Assembly: GCF_009914755.1 (NCBI RefSeq)
Contig: NC_060937.1
Origin: the human T2T-CHM13v2.0 reference genome, Homo sapiens
Direction: 5' to 3' (one strand)
Length of the DNA: 64,000 nt
The notes under the pieces are model-generated. The model was not told the DNA's origin. It made no database searches and saw nothing but the letters and a program-made list of their open reading frames with translations. Positions 24,749 through 37,910 of the stretch are shown here, one piece after another. The position numbers were made by a program, and so were the translations under genes. Each line of letters starts with the position of its first letter. The first letter of the stretch is position 1.

Positions 24749-26198
24749 AATACCATACTGTTTTGGTTGCTGTAGCCCTGCAGTATGGTTTGAAGTTGGG
24801 TAACATGATGCCTTCTGATTGTTTTTGCTTAGGATTGCTTTGGCTATTCAGGCTCTTTTTTTGGTTCCATATAAATTTCAAAATAGTTTTTTTCTAGTTC
24901 AGTGAAGAATGTCATTGGTAGTTTAATAAAAATAGCATTGAATCCATAAATTGCTTTGGGTAATATGCCCATTTTAACATTGATTCTTCCTATCCATGAG
25001 TATAGAATGTTTTTCCATTTGTCTGAATCATCTCTGATTTCTTTGAGCAGTGTTTAGTAATTATCATTGCAGAGATCTTTCAGTTTGCTGATTAGCTGTA
25101 TTTCCAGGTATTTTCTTTTTATGGCAATTGTGAATGTGATTGAGTTCCTGATTTGGCTCTTGGTTTGACTGTTGTTGGCTTATAGGAATGCTAGTGATTT
25201 TTTGCACAGTGATTCTGTATCCTGAAACTTTGCTGAAGTTTATTAATCAGCTGAAGGTGCTTTTGTGCTGAGACGAGGGAGTCTTCTAGATATAGAATCA
25301 TGTCATCTGTAAACAGGGATAGTTTGACTTCCTCTCTTTTTATTTGGATGCCCTTTATTTCTCTTGCCTGATTGCTCTGGCCAGCCCTTCCAATACTGCG
25401 TTGAATAGGAGTAGGGAGAGAGGGCATCCTTGTGCCAGTTTTCAAGGGGAATGCTTCCAGATTTTGCCCACCCAGTATGATGGCTGTGGGGCTGTCATAG
25501 CTGGCTCTTATTATTTTGAGGTATGTTCCTTCAGTACCCCCTTTGTTGAGAGTTTTTAAGATAAAGGGGTGTTGAATTTTATTGAAAGCATTTTCTGCAT
25601 CTATTGGGATGATCATGTGGTTTTTGTCTTTATTTCTGTTTATTTGATGAACCACATTTATTGATTTTCACATATTGAACCAACCTTCCATGCCAGGGAT
25701 TAAGTCTACTTGATCTTGGTGGATTAGCTTGTCATTGTGCTGCTAGATTCAATTTGCTGGTATTTAGTTGAGAATTTTTGCATCAATGTTCATCAAGGAT
25801 ATTGGTCTGCAGTTTTCCTTTTTTTGTCTCTGCCAGGTTTTGGTATCAGGATGATGCAAGCCTCATAGAATGAGTTGGGGAGGAGTTCCACCTCCTCATT
25901 TTTTTTTTTTTTTTTTTGGAATAGTTTCAGTAGGAATGGTACCAGCTCTTCTTTGTACATCTGGTAGAATTCGGCTGTGAATCCATCTGGTCCTGGGCTT
26001 TTTTTGGCTGGTAGGCTACTTATTACTGATTAAGTTTTGGAGCTTGTTATTGGTCTGTTCAGGGTTTCAATTTCTTCCTGATTCAGTCCTGAGTGGGTGT
26101 ATGGGTCAGGGAATTTATCCATTTCTTCTACATTTTCTAGTTTGTGTGCATAGAGGTGTTCATAGTAGTCTCTGATGGTTATTTGTATTTCTGTGTGG
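23375..26198 (-). mobile_element. 5'-truncated L1PA13/14-like LINE-1
   Basis: 3'UTR ttaggttcaggggtaca...acccaggtactaagcctagtaccc; minus ORF 25191-25655 carries RT motifs ([31 protein letters not shown]). Confidence 0.93.
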
Positions 26199-27339
26199 TT
26201 ACAAACCAGATGTTTCAAAGCCTTTGTAGAATACAGTCATATGTGAGTTAATTAATTTAATTCAAATAAATTATGACAGGCTAGAAATACAGAATGGCAT
26301 CTGTAGTTATAGGAAATAATTTTTTATATATGGTTATAGAAAGAATATGTAAATGTAGTAGATGGGAAAAAACAGGAGAAATAATACAGAGATTCAAGAG
26401 ATGAGACATTTAAGGCGGATGGATGGCCATCTGTGCAAATAACTTTAGAACCTTCAAAGTAAAGAACTCAAAGCTACTCAATGAATTGGAGATGTAAAAA
26501 GGTTACTGGACGTGCTCCTGAGACTAACTTCAGCAAGGTATTAGGGTGTGGAGGCATATTGCAAGAAATTCAAACCTGCAAAGATGGTGTGTAGATGTAT
26601 GGACCCTCTTTCAGAAAATGTACTATAAATAAAAAGGGAGAAATGAGGCTAAAAAACTGATTCAGAAGGAACAACAAAGTGATGGAGATAAAAGAACTGC
26701 AACTCATTTACACAAATTCTTTGGATTTTGGTTTAATTGGCCACTAATTTATGGCTCCCAGATCTTTGCAGAGTCCACTAACTGCCTAGACTGCTTTCTT
26801 CTATCCCTCCCTCCTTAATCTCTGTAAGCATAAGTTTTCTCATTTGTACATTGAGGCTAATAATTCCTATCTTAAGTGTTATGAGGAAAATAAATCAGGC
26901 TGTGAAAGGGCCTAGATAAGTGCCTGTCACATACTAGATGTATAGTAGTATTTCACTCAGAATTGCAATTAGCAGAAAAATATAATCCACATAAAATGAC
27001 CATGAGGCAATAGGAAAGTAATTATTAATGTTAATATTGGAGAGGCAATGATTGGTGCTAGTATTAAGTTGCTTATACCCCTGAGAAGAAAAGAATAGCC
27101 TAAAACAGAGCCTCTCCCAAGGCAGAGAGTGAGAAATGGACCAAAGGAAATGACAACTGAAAGGGGTACTTACGAGTGCTGGGAGGGTGCAGGGGGAGAT
27201 CCTTCCTAATCTTCATCAGACCTTCAAGCCATTTCAAATAAGCCTACATTGTTAATGAAAACTTAGCCTCAATTGTGGTCCTGTTCTTCCAAAAACTGGA
27301 AGAACTTTGACCTCCTATTTACTCAAACGTTTAGGGAGC

Positions 27340-28230
27340 AATAGGATGGAATATAGCAAAGTGTGAGATAACTCTGGGCAGGGGTCATGGGGAACTACTC
27401 CTTGTTCTGCCACTTAGTGACAGCTTAGTGACCTTGGAACAGTCCATGTAACTCCTTTGCTCCTCTGTTTCCTTCTCTCCAAAACAAAAGCATTCCATTA
27501 GACTCATAGTTTTCCACAAGGTTCTCCACATTGCCCCACAGGGGGACATTTTGACCATGTGGGAGAAAAGTTCTGCTTGTTGCAAGGATTGGGCAGTGCT
27601 ACTGGCATTTAGCAGGTGTGGATGGGGGCGCTGAATGTCCTGGATGCTTAGCATAGTCTGGCACAACAAAGAACTGTCCTCCATCCTGCACAGCTTTCTA
27701 ATGCTCTTCTGACATTGAGGTAGGTGAAAACCCTTGTTATCATTAATAAGCCTAACACCTAACTCTGTTTTACAGAGTTTATGTTACAGAGTTTAACTCT
27801 GTTTTACAATTTTTATGTATATGGATCCTACTATCTAGTTTCTATTCTAATATCCACCTGTCCCTTCTGCTCTTGCGTTTTTCTTTTTGCTTATACAGAA
27901 TGGCTCCAGATCTTCTTTCAAATCTTAATTTATTCACTGTAAAGTAGTACAAGCCTCTGGCTAATTCAACATGTCTTCAAGACTGGTATATCAGATCTGT
28001 GCATTTATATATTGAATATAAATATTATCATAAATGACTCATTTTACTTCTCACTTTTAGTTAGGGCATTTTTAGTTATATGAGTATATAAATTATGGTA
28101 TGAATTTTATTTTAGGGTAGTACAGGGGTGTTACAAAATATTTGTTATAAAACGTGCTCTTGGGTCTGAACATTTGAAAGCTACTGGACTGAATGCTTTG
28201 AGGTTCCCATCCCCTCTAAAATTCCACGAC
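27340..28230 (+). mobile_element. MIR/MIR3 split by a MER20B-like hAT-Charlie element (~27505-28186)
   Basis: MIR core gtgaccttggaacagtc; MER20-like ttgccccacagggggacattttg...gtgctactggcatttag...acaacaaagaact; end ttacaaaatatttgttataa...gaaagctactg. Confidence 0.72.
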
Positions 28231-29263
28231 TTACCATTTGTCCACATTATCTTCTGCTGAGGGCAAACTACAGAAAAAAGTAGAATATGTTCCTTGTAAC
28301 ACTCTATACTATACTGTATGCTTGATTGTACTTTTCAGCAATGATGGTGATGTGGGTGTTAACCTGTCCCCTCCAGAAAATATCCACTATTTAAGTAAAT
28401 TATAACAAATAATGGAAACTGAGTTGAACTACATCCATATCTACTACCAATTTCTTTACACTTAAGCAGGACTCATGCAGGGCATCTCAATTATGCTGAT
28501 TTTCAATGATATATGAAGATTACTCTCCTGTTAAAAAGTTCTGTGAACCTCATGCCTTATTTTCTTTGCCTCAGTGAGCTTCTACACTGTTCTTGTTGAA
28601 AGACACTTCTTAATTTGTTTTGCCATCAGAAGAGATAAGTGAAACTATTTTTCAGGAAACTCAGAAACTTTTGATCGAGCTGAAATGGCATGTCAAATAA
28701 AGACAGATGAAATAACTTGTGTTTGGTTACTGTCTTTCTCAAGGAGAATAATCACCACCTGGGAGCTATATGCAATTCTGCAGCAGTTGAACAACCTAAG
28801 TCATTTATTTTTGTTTCATCTCTGAAAAAAATTGCCACAGCAGAAAGTACAGAAATAATGCATATTTTAAATAATGAATACTTCATTTTCCCCTCTTTTT
28901 TATTGCAAAATATAAGTTCTTCTTTTTTCTATAATCAGACTAAATTTGTTTTACCCACCACCACCTCCAACTGATGGCACAATACCTAATTGACTCAATT
29001 CCAAGACAATTTTGTCAAATCAGTGACCTCTAAATCATTTGGGTTTAAGACTCACTCATTTTTAGCATTGTCTCCACCCCTTATTCTACAGGATGTAGCA
29101 TTGGTAGGAGGAGGCTATCCACTCCTCTGTCCTGATCTGCCCTATAAGGGCCTGTGCTGAGGCCATGGGCACTCAATAATGTTGATATCTGCTGGGAAGC
29201 CACTTCCCTCATCAGGCTTGCATTGTCCATACTGCTATCCAAAGATACATTGCCCAGTCATGA

Positions 29264-29667
29264 TGAAATGGGAGAGTTCCCTGACCCTCTTGTGGGACTT
29301 GCAACAGGGGTGTGGCTTGTTTGCTCGGTTGCCACATGCCCAAACCCCTTACAGGAGGGGGAGCACGCAGACAGGCAGATGCAGGAGCCAGGACAAGTAC
29401 TTTTGGGCTCCAGCCCCACAGTAGCATCTGGGGTGTATTACAATTAATGCTCTTTTAGCAGCTGCTGTCCATGGACAGCTAAGTGTTAACCAGTCAGGGT
29501 GACAGCCTTTTATACACTGCTTGGTACCCAGGTCCTTGTCCACCATCCAAGAAGAATCAGGTCACACAGAACTGAAGTATGGGGGATGCAGGGATTTTAT
29601 TGAGTGATGGAGAGCTGGAAAGGGGATGGAGTGGGAAGATAATCTTCCCCTGGAGTTCATCCATCCC
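29264..29667 (-). mobile_element. ERV1 LTR (LTR9/MER61/LTR1 group), 3' part only
   Basis: Reverse complement ends gggtcagggaactctcccatttca; minus-strand AATAAA at 29596-29601. Confidence 0.85.
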
Positions 29668-30218
29668 ATGGACAAGAGGCAGGGAAATCCTGGGTAGAAG
29701 AGGGTGGTTCCCCAGCAAAGGCCCCACCTTCAAGCCTGGAAATCTACAGCCCTAAATGGAACCAGGCATTCCTGTTTGCGCACCCAAATGTTGCCTTTTC
29801 CAAGACCACTCTGGCCTACCATGCTCCTATCCTGTGCCCATATGAACCCCAAGCTCCATTGGCAGAGTGGCAGAATGGCATGGCAGAGAGAGAGAGAGAA
29901 GAGACGGAGCATCTGAACATCAAGAGGAGTTCAGCTGGGCATGGTTGGAGAGGAGATTGGCCGCAGAATGGCCGAACTTCAGGGGAAGATTTATCTTCCC
30001 ATTCCATCCCCTTTCCAACTCCCCATCCCTTCCGCTGAAAGCCACCTCCATTACTCAATAAATTTCCCACATTCACCATCCTTCAATTCTGTGTGACCTG
30101 ATTCTTCCTGGACACCTGACAAGGACCCGGGTACCAAGAAGGCAGGGTCTAAAAGACTGTCATCCTGACTCTCCACTGATCTGGTTAACACTTAGCCATC
30201 CACATGGCAACTGCTAAA
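29668..30218 (+). mobile_element. ERV1 LTR (LTR9/MER61/LTR1 group), 3'-truncated
   Basis: atggacaagaggcagggaaatcctgggtagaagagggtggttccccagcaaaggccccacc; AATAAA 30057-30062; stops at ctgctaaa. Confidence 0.85.
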
Positions 30219-30879
30219 GGACCATAGCCATTTCTGAGTCCTTCCTGCTCTCAGTGCCTCACTCAAGACACTCTTTACCATCTATGAAAATATGAGTCCG
30301 CTTCCCAAACAGCCATGGAGTTAAAAAGAATCCAGATGGGGTTACTCTGACCCATCTGCCTAGGCGCTGCATGCAGCTATCTCTGATGGGTTGTTTTGGC
30401 ATAAGGATGCTTCCATGAGAAAAGACAGCCTTCAGGGAAAGCCACCCAAGGGTGGCATTCACCTCCTTTTCTCACGGATCTCCAAACTTAAAGGGGGGCA
30501 TAAGATTCCTTCATCTCTTTCCCCTGCCCAAGACTTGGTCCATAGGAAAAAACAATGAGGCACACAGCTTCCCACATCAGGGCCTAAGTCTCTTGCTTTA
30601 TGTCCAGGTTCTCTGTCTCTCTCCCCACCTCCACACTCCACAGGTTCCTATCTAATTTTGATCGGCAAATGAGGAAACATACTTCTCTCATTCACTGTCT
30701 TTCACAGATTTTTTCCTGTCTTAAAAGTAATTTAAGGCTTTGAGGAATGTTGACACCTTTGTTGACCCCTTCCTCTTTCATTTACAAGTATGAAGTAAAA
30801 TGAGCTCTCTCATAGAATACTAATGAAAGTTTGGATGGTACAAACTTTTGGCATTAGGTTTTATGACATCTAAACAGTA

Positions 30880-31320
30880 AATCTGTTCTTATCAATCTGG
30901 TTTAAGAAGAAAATCATAAACCTGAAAATAATTTTACACAAAAATGCTAAACATCCCATCAATTATAATACCAGCTCAAAATGACAAACTTCCATGTCCA
31001 AAAACAGAAATACAAAATGACAGAACTTACCTGTGATGCAATAATATGCAAGCATTAGAAATTGTGTTGAATAAAGGAATTAGCGATATAAGTACTTGTG
31101 ATAAAAAGCTAAAATAAGGGTAGAACATCAGGTTTCAAAGACTTATGATAAAGAAGAATATAAAATAACTCATTATTTGTATACTAATTACATATTAAAA
31201 TGATAATATTCTGGGTATCTCGGTTTAAATAAAATATATTATTAAAATAAATTTTGCCTTTTTTTAACTTCTAGTAACTCTAGTTCCTGGAAGAGTTAAA
31301 TGTACATATGGCTCCAGAGA
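30880..31320. mobile_element. hAT-Charlie (MER33/Charlie-like) remnant
   Basis: aaatgataatattctgggtat...taaataaaatatattattaaaataaattttgcc...tacatatggctc. Confidence 0.55.
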
Positions 31321-34005
31321 CTGGACAAGTAGAAGAATCAATGAACGCTATTGTATTCCAGTAATACAGGCTTACATACATAAAGAGAACCATACCCAAC
31401 ACAAAGATGCTTTCAACAGCTACATCTGTCTCTCCTAAAAGTGCTCGCTTTTCTAAATTTTTTCTGCTCTTCTGAGCACACAGAGTGAGGATTTCTGATA
31501 GATGTGAACCTCTCTTGACCTTATTACTTGAGCATTTGATGGAATTTGTTGTTGCTCCCCTAAGAGAGGACACCAGCGGCCTGTCTCTGGGAGTTGAGCA
31601 GCAGCCATCAAGGGGGACTGCACCCAAGGAACAGCAGGCAGCTGAATCCGTGATGAGTAGGCAGCGCAGTAGGGAGCACTTTCAAATACTAATAAAACCA
31701 ATACATGATCTAAAATCCATTCACTCGATTTATTTTGTAGTAATCCCCTGTGGCATTTTGTTCAGAAGATCTTCAAAACAAAGTCACAAATCCTAAAAGT
31801 CTCCTGTAGAAAACAGCTTTGTCCCTCCACCTGAGGTGAAATCCTACACAGGGACTCAGCCTGTTTCTTCAAAGGACTGTGGTCCTGGAGGACAGAGTTG
31901 GGCAGGGAGGCACTCCCTGAGAGGCAGGGATCCAAGTGCTGCTGAGCCATGGGGACTCATCCCCCAACTCCAGCCATTTGGACACACCAGGGGCAAGAGC
32001 AGTGTTTTACTCAGCTGATGCTATTAGCTGGGGCTTTGATGAACTGATTTGCTTTTGCTGTTGTTTTTCTTAAGAGGAATTGTGTAAGTCAGCAAAACGC
32101 AGAAAATAAACCTTCTTCTCTAAGCCTGATATAAAACAAACATACCCTGATGAAGAGCACATCAATTCCACAGGCTGCCATCTACCAGCTAGCACATGAT
32201 TCTGCCGTGCTCCTTTATTAAGGAGTTTAAGTTTGTGCATTCTATTTGTTCTAAGGATTGCTATTATTCATTAAAAGACGATGTGCACATTATTTTGGGG
32301 TTATTTTTGGAAACAATGAGTTCACTTAATTTACAACAAAGGAAGAGTTATAAGTGTGTGATGGGAACACATTAAATTTCTCAAAACTCTACCTTTGCTA
32401 AATGACAACCTCATTATGCACATTTGCCCTACAGGTTTCCCTATAACTATCTTTCTAACCAGATGAACAGAAGTGTTTTATCTGCTGTTCAGACTGCCTC
32501 AATTGAGGTAGAAAAATCTCAGTTTTTCTGGAGCTCTGCTAAACTTCAAGAACAATGCAACTGACTTGGTTTAGCAATCTTTACTTTCTATCACATTCTC
32601 CTCCCTTTTGACCAGCTGAGTAGTTTTGCCCCAGATCCAAGCAATGAAGATCATCTGAAGTGAGTCCCTCAGTTCCCTGTCCTAATGTCCCTTTTACCTT
32701 TCACAAGATTCTGGGTAACACTTGCATCTTGGTTAACTACTTTTCGATTATCTTGCCTCATCTAAGCCAGAGCTGCAATGAGAGCCTTGGGAGTTTGCAG
32801 GCACTAAAACTGAGAGAAAAACCACCATGTGTTTCCATGAGAGGAAAATGATTGAAAGAGAAAGATCAGCAAAGGGATTAAAGGACCTATCCTTCAATGC
32901 TGGTGTGAATGGAACTTTCATTTCATCACACCAGCAGCCAGTAGGGAAACTCTACTCCTGTCAACTGAAAAGAGGCTTAAAGAAGAAAACGGATCAAATA
33001 GATCTTCACGCTTCCTGGCCAACAGGCAATTTCCCCGGGGTGATCCTTTGACAATTGTGACTGTGCAGGCTTCAGTGTAACAATCCATTTTCTTCTGTTA
33101 GGAGGACTGTTCAGGATATACACAGCATCCCACTGCTGTTGGAGAGTCCAAAGAAAGAAATACATCTTGCTTAGGGATTTTCTCCACCTGAGTCCTTCAT
33201 TGTGAAACCCTGAAACCAGGCTGACTCACTCAGAAGTCTGTTCTATGCTTTAAATTTAGAGGAAATATCTTTCAGACCTTTTGGCCATACAAACAATAGG
33301 TTCCATTGTCCTGTCCCCAGCCTTATATCCAGCAGTACTTCACTCCTAGTTTTCCTTAGACTTTCCATTGTAAATCTGTGATGTCTATCGGGTTTTCAAG
33401 GAAGGCTCTGTCTGACTTCTAATTTCTCATATCAAAAATTTCTTCTTCAGTGGGGACTGCCATGCAGACTCATTGTTATCTCATATTTCATTCTGCCTTC
33501 TTTCTGGAAACAGGGATTTACCATTTGTTTGTCTTAAGGATTTGATGTCTGCCTCGCCTCTTCCACCCTCCACATTCAGATCTTCGGCTTCTTTGTTTTC
33601 TATACCAGCCCCTTATCTCTTGTCAAAAAGATCATACAAAAATTTACTTATGGGGTATTTGCAGAGGAAAGAAATGCAAAAGCATACATTACCACACATT
33701 AATCTCTGTCATGGAACAGAGATTATTTAGCTCACAAATTTTAATATCAGTTAACTTTCTGGCTAAGGCTTTATTATCAATGGTTAATCATTTTAGAGAA
33801 TTTCTTCATCAGTGAACACTCAAGCATTCAGACCAAAAGAAAAAAGAGAAAAATAAGTTTTGAATCCTGTTTCACTTTGCCAATAGCCCATTTAACAAAG
33901 AAGGCTGATTTCACACACATTTTAAAAATAACCCCAGCAAGTTCCAGTTTCAAACTAATGTAGAGACCATGAAGCAATGCTGTTAATTAATCAACTACAT
34001 AGCTA

Positions 34006-34085
34006 TTTGGCTGGTGCAAAAGTAATTGCCGTTTGTACCATTGAAAGTAATGGCCAAACCCGCAGGTACTTTTGCACCAACTTAA
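34006..34085. mobile_element. MADE1 (Hsmar1-derived 80-bp MITE)
   Basis: Exactly 80 bp, inverted arms ggtgcaaaagtaattgc...gtacttttgcacc, flanked by TA at 34004-34005 and 34086-34087. Confidence 0.95.
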
Positions 34086-35049
34086 TATAACTTGGAATCG
34101 TTTTCTAAGTTTCAGGATGACTTTTATCCAAGGGGCCATATCAGCTTGGAAGCCCTGCTCCTATTTGGGGATGTTTCTGTGGGAAGGGGCTGCAGCCATA
34201 GAGGCCAGCAAGCCCCCGGGAATGAAGCTACCTCCCTTTCAGCTACAATCACATGTGACTTACAGACATTGCCGCTCACACTCCCTGCAGTCTCAGATCT
34301 GAGTAGAAAGTAAAGAGCTTTCTCCATTCAAAAGGGTGGAAAGCCTTCATCTTGTCACCTCACCCATGACATTGGGCATAAGTTAGATAAGCTTAGGAAG
34401 CCCTAGGGTTACACAGTGTCTATGTCTGTCCTTGTGTCTGTCCAATGAAGGATGCATTCCAGCAGTAGCTCCAAAAATGTTATTCTCTCAGCCAAAAGGA
34501 GTTTAAATATTTTACCATAATGTAACTTAGAACACACATTGAAGAGCTGAAAGTTCACTGCAAACAGGTTAACACACACACACACCTCCACCATTTTCTA
34601 TAATTAAAGCAGGTGGCCAGCATTTTGTTGAGCATAAAAAAGAGAAATTTAATCTCTTAGCGATATTATAGGTAAGGATTTTGCTTAACATGTTGATCAA
34701 GTACACAAACAGACCAAGGGCTTTCTGAAAAGTTATAGGCTTCCTGACATATAAACATCATATAACCTTGGAAATCAGTGAACTAGAAGATGAAAGGGCA
34801 AAGACTATTACCAAGGTTAAGTTTTCTCTCCAGGTATGATTATAGAAAGATACGTAGAGTAAGGCTCAGGGTGGTCAAAACAAGGTAAAAGGGACCTTGA
34901 ACGTGTTTCAAAGGCAGAGGTTTACTTACCTAGGGTGGAATTTAAAGTGTTAGCAACACAATTCTCTCATTTGAGTTTTACCCAAATTTCTTTAAAGAAT
35001 TATTTATGCATTCTGTCTTCATTTTTCTAACCTTTTACTCATATTTTAC

Positions 35050-36310
35050 TTTTACCTTCATCATTTCACTGACATCTTTTGGCAAAGTCAACAATGACTT
35101 CCATGCCACTTAAGCTCATGGACAATTTTTGTTTATCTTACATTACCTCTTGGTAACACTTGATCCTGCTGACCAGGCACTTCTTCCTACAACATTCTCT
35201 AGCTTTGCCCTGTGACACAGCCCTGTCCTCTGGCCACTTGTTTTCTGTACTCTTCACAACATGCTCTTCCTCCAGTCTATTGGCCAGTAAATGTTAGAGT
35301 TTCCGAGGTTCATTTTTAGATCTTTTTCTCTTCTTCCTCTCTACCGTCTTAATAGGTCATTTTATTCACGTGTGTGATCTCACTCAAGATTATCTACAAA
35401 GATAACTCAGAGCTCCCTAAATATCTCTAACCTGTATTTCTCTCCTGAGCTCTTGACTACTTAACATCTGTACTTGTATATTGAAAACACACCTCAATTT
35501 CAACATGTCTAGAAGTGAATTTGTGATCTTCCCCAAACCTGGTTCTCAAATCATTCCCATCTCAGTGATAGTATCACTGTTGTCTTGTGCATGTCTCAAA
35601 TAATGAGTTTGCTTTTTTACCTGCCTCTCCCTTACTCCCAATAACTAATCCATCAACAAATTCAGCCGCTTTCCCTCTTCTATATCTCCTGAATCTATCC
35701 TCTTCTGTCCATCAACAGCTAGAAGATCCCCTCCCTTGTCTTCTCTTGCCTCCTTTGATCTATTTCTCCTATTATAGTGACCTTTCCAATACAGAAATCT
35801 GATCATGTCACTCTTCAGATTTAAATGCTCCAATGGCTTTACATTGTTTTTAAGATAGAAATCTTTAATATACATTATAGGGGCTGCATTACCTTGGCTC
35901 TTTATTTTTTTCTATACTATTTTTCACCACATTAGTCACTATTCTGTTTTCCAGCCACAGTGGTCACATTTCAGGTCTTACAATGATCCATACTCTTCTT
36001 CCACAGGGCCTTTGCATAGGCTGTCTCCTCTGCCAGGAACATTCTTCTCATCCCCCAGTGTTATATCTATTAACTCCTCTAATTCTTGCAAATCCTCAGC
36101 TCAGTCATCTTTTACTTAGGAAAGATTTCCTGGATCTTTCGTCTCATTTTTAATTTTACAAATATGTGTTCTTTTCCTAATATTGATTTAACCCACTAAA
36201 CAGTAATTTCCAAGGAAAAAGAAACATGACTGCTTTGTTAACTGCTCCATGCACATCACAATTCCTTGAACATAGTGGATGCTCGATAAATACATGTTGA
36301 CTAATGCAAG
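35050..36310 (+). mobile_element. L2 (L2a/b-like) 3' portion
   Basis: aaagtcaacaatgacttccatg; aaatctgatcatgtcactc; cagggcctttgcataggctg; tail gctcgataaatacatgttgactaatg. Confidence 0.8.
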
Positions 36311-36844
36311 GAATAAACTCTCATGTCCAACAACTTGCTTCCCTTTCTGCAATCTGATAGTCCATCTCATACTATCAGTAGACAGTCCATCTTATATTAA
36401 GCCCTTTTTATGCTGTTGAACAATGAATCAGGGAGGAAGGGAAAGCAAGAATATATCCAGCATCTGAAGCTGAGATTAAAGATGTTAAGGTAATGCAGAA
36501 TTAAAATCAGTCTAAAAGGGAAACACATTACAAAGAAAGAACCACACTGTCACAATCTGACCAGTGAGTAAGATGACATTTCTGGACGGTAATTGGGTGT
36601 CATCTTGGCAGTCTGAAATTGTAAAACAGACTCCTGAAGAAATCAAGGACTCATCACTGAGCCAGGGAATCCCATCATTAGCCTGATTATGAGGCATTTT
36701 ATAGCCCCTTTTATTAAATAACACAGTGGTTTGTACAGCTGCAGAGCATCAGAACCATTTAGGAGCTTTTATTTTAAAGTACAGCTATCTGGACCACACT
36801 TCCTGACACTTAATTCAGTTAGCTTATGGTTGGGATCTGTAAGC

Positions 36845-37910
36845 CCAGGTCTGGAACAAGGTAGTTACAATAGGAGCTGGAACATCTTGCTATTCGGGAA
36901 AGTAAGGATATGTTGCTAACCACTTCTCGCCATACACACACACACACACACACACACAACGTGAGCATGTCAAAAAGACATAGGAGCCAGCTTGAAGAAG
37001 AGGGGTTCCCACGGCCAAAGCTGGAACAATAAATAAGATTAGATTATAACCCATTGAGTATAATAGGAATCTATGAGTCCATATGGATAACAGAGGTAGA
37101 TGTAAATAGATGATGGATGAATAGAATATATAGATAATACATAGATATATAGGATACTGGCTTGTTCCTTATAGTAGAAAATCAACTGATAATTGTGGAG
37201 ACTAGCTTGGGCAAGAATCAACAATGGTTGTTAAATCTTAGATGCAATGTTTAATGACAAGTAGGATATATGCACAATCTCACAGCATTTTCTCATAAAT
37301 TATTTATAAGAGGAAAAATGGTAACTATACAGTGGAGAAACTGGATAAAACCTTTACCGGGTGATCAAAATTAAAACTACCAAGAGGCAGATAGGTATTG
37401 TGGCACCTCTGGATGTGAAGCCCTGCAAAAGACATACGTCACTTTTGTAGTGTTCTGGTAAGGGATACATAACCTAAATTTAATTATGAGGTAACACTAA
37501 ATGAACCCAAAGTAAGGATCATTCTATAAATAACTGATCTCTATTGTTTTAAAGTATCAATGCAACAAAAGACAAAAAAAGACAATATTCCTTTAACAGA
37601 GATTAAGGAAATATGAAAATTAAATGCAATACATAATCCTAGACTAGAGCTTGGACTGGAAGAAAAATTATTATATAAAGACATTACTAACAAAATGGAC
37701 AAAATTGGAATATAAATTATATAGACAAATAAAAATAGCAATGTTAAGTTCTTGAAACTTAATAACTGTACGATGATAAAAGAATATCCTTGATTGAAGG
37801 AAATATAAAAAACATTAAAAATTATTAAATCTTAATAAAAAGGATATAGGAGCTCTCTGTATTAATATTGCAATTTTCTGCAGATTTAAAAATTATTTCA
37901 AAGTAAAACT
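36845..37910 (+). mobile_element. L1MC/L1MD-like 3'UTR fragment, apparently inside a MER5-like remnant; includes (CA)n at 36934-36958
   Basis: ggccaaagctggaacaat; ggtaactatacagtggagaaactgg; taaatgcaatacataatcctagactag; MER5-like ccccaggtaattctgatg follows. Confidence 0.72.
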
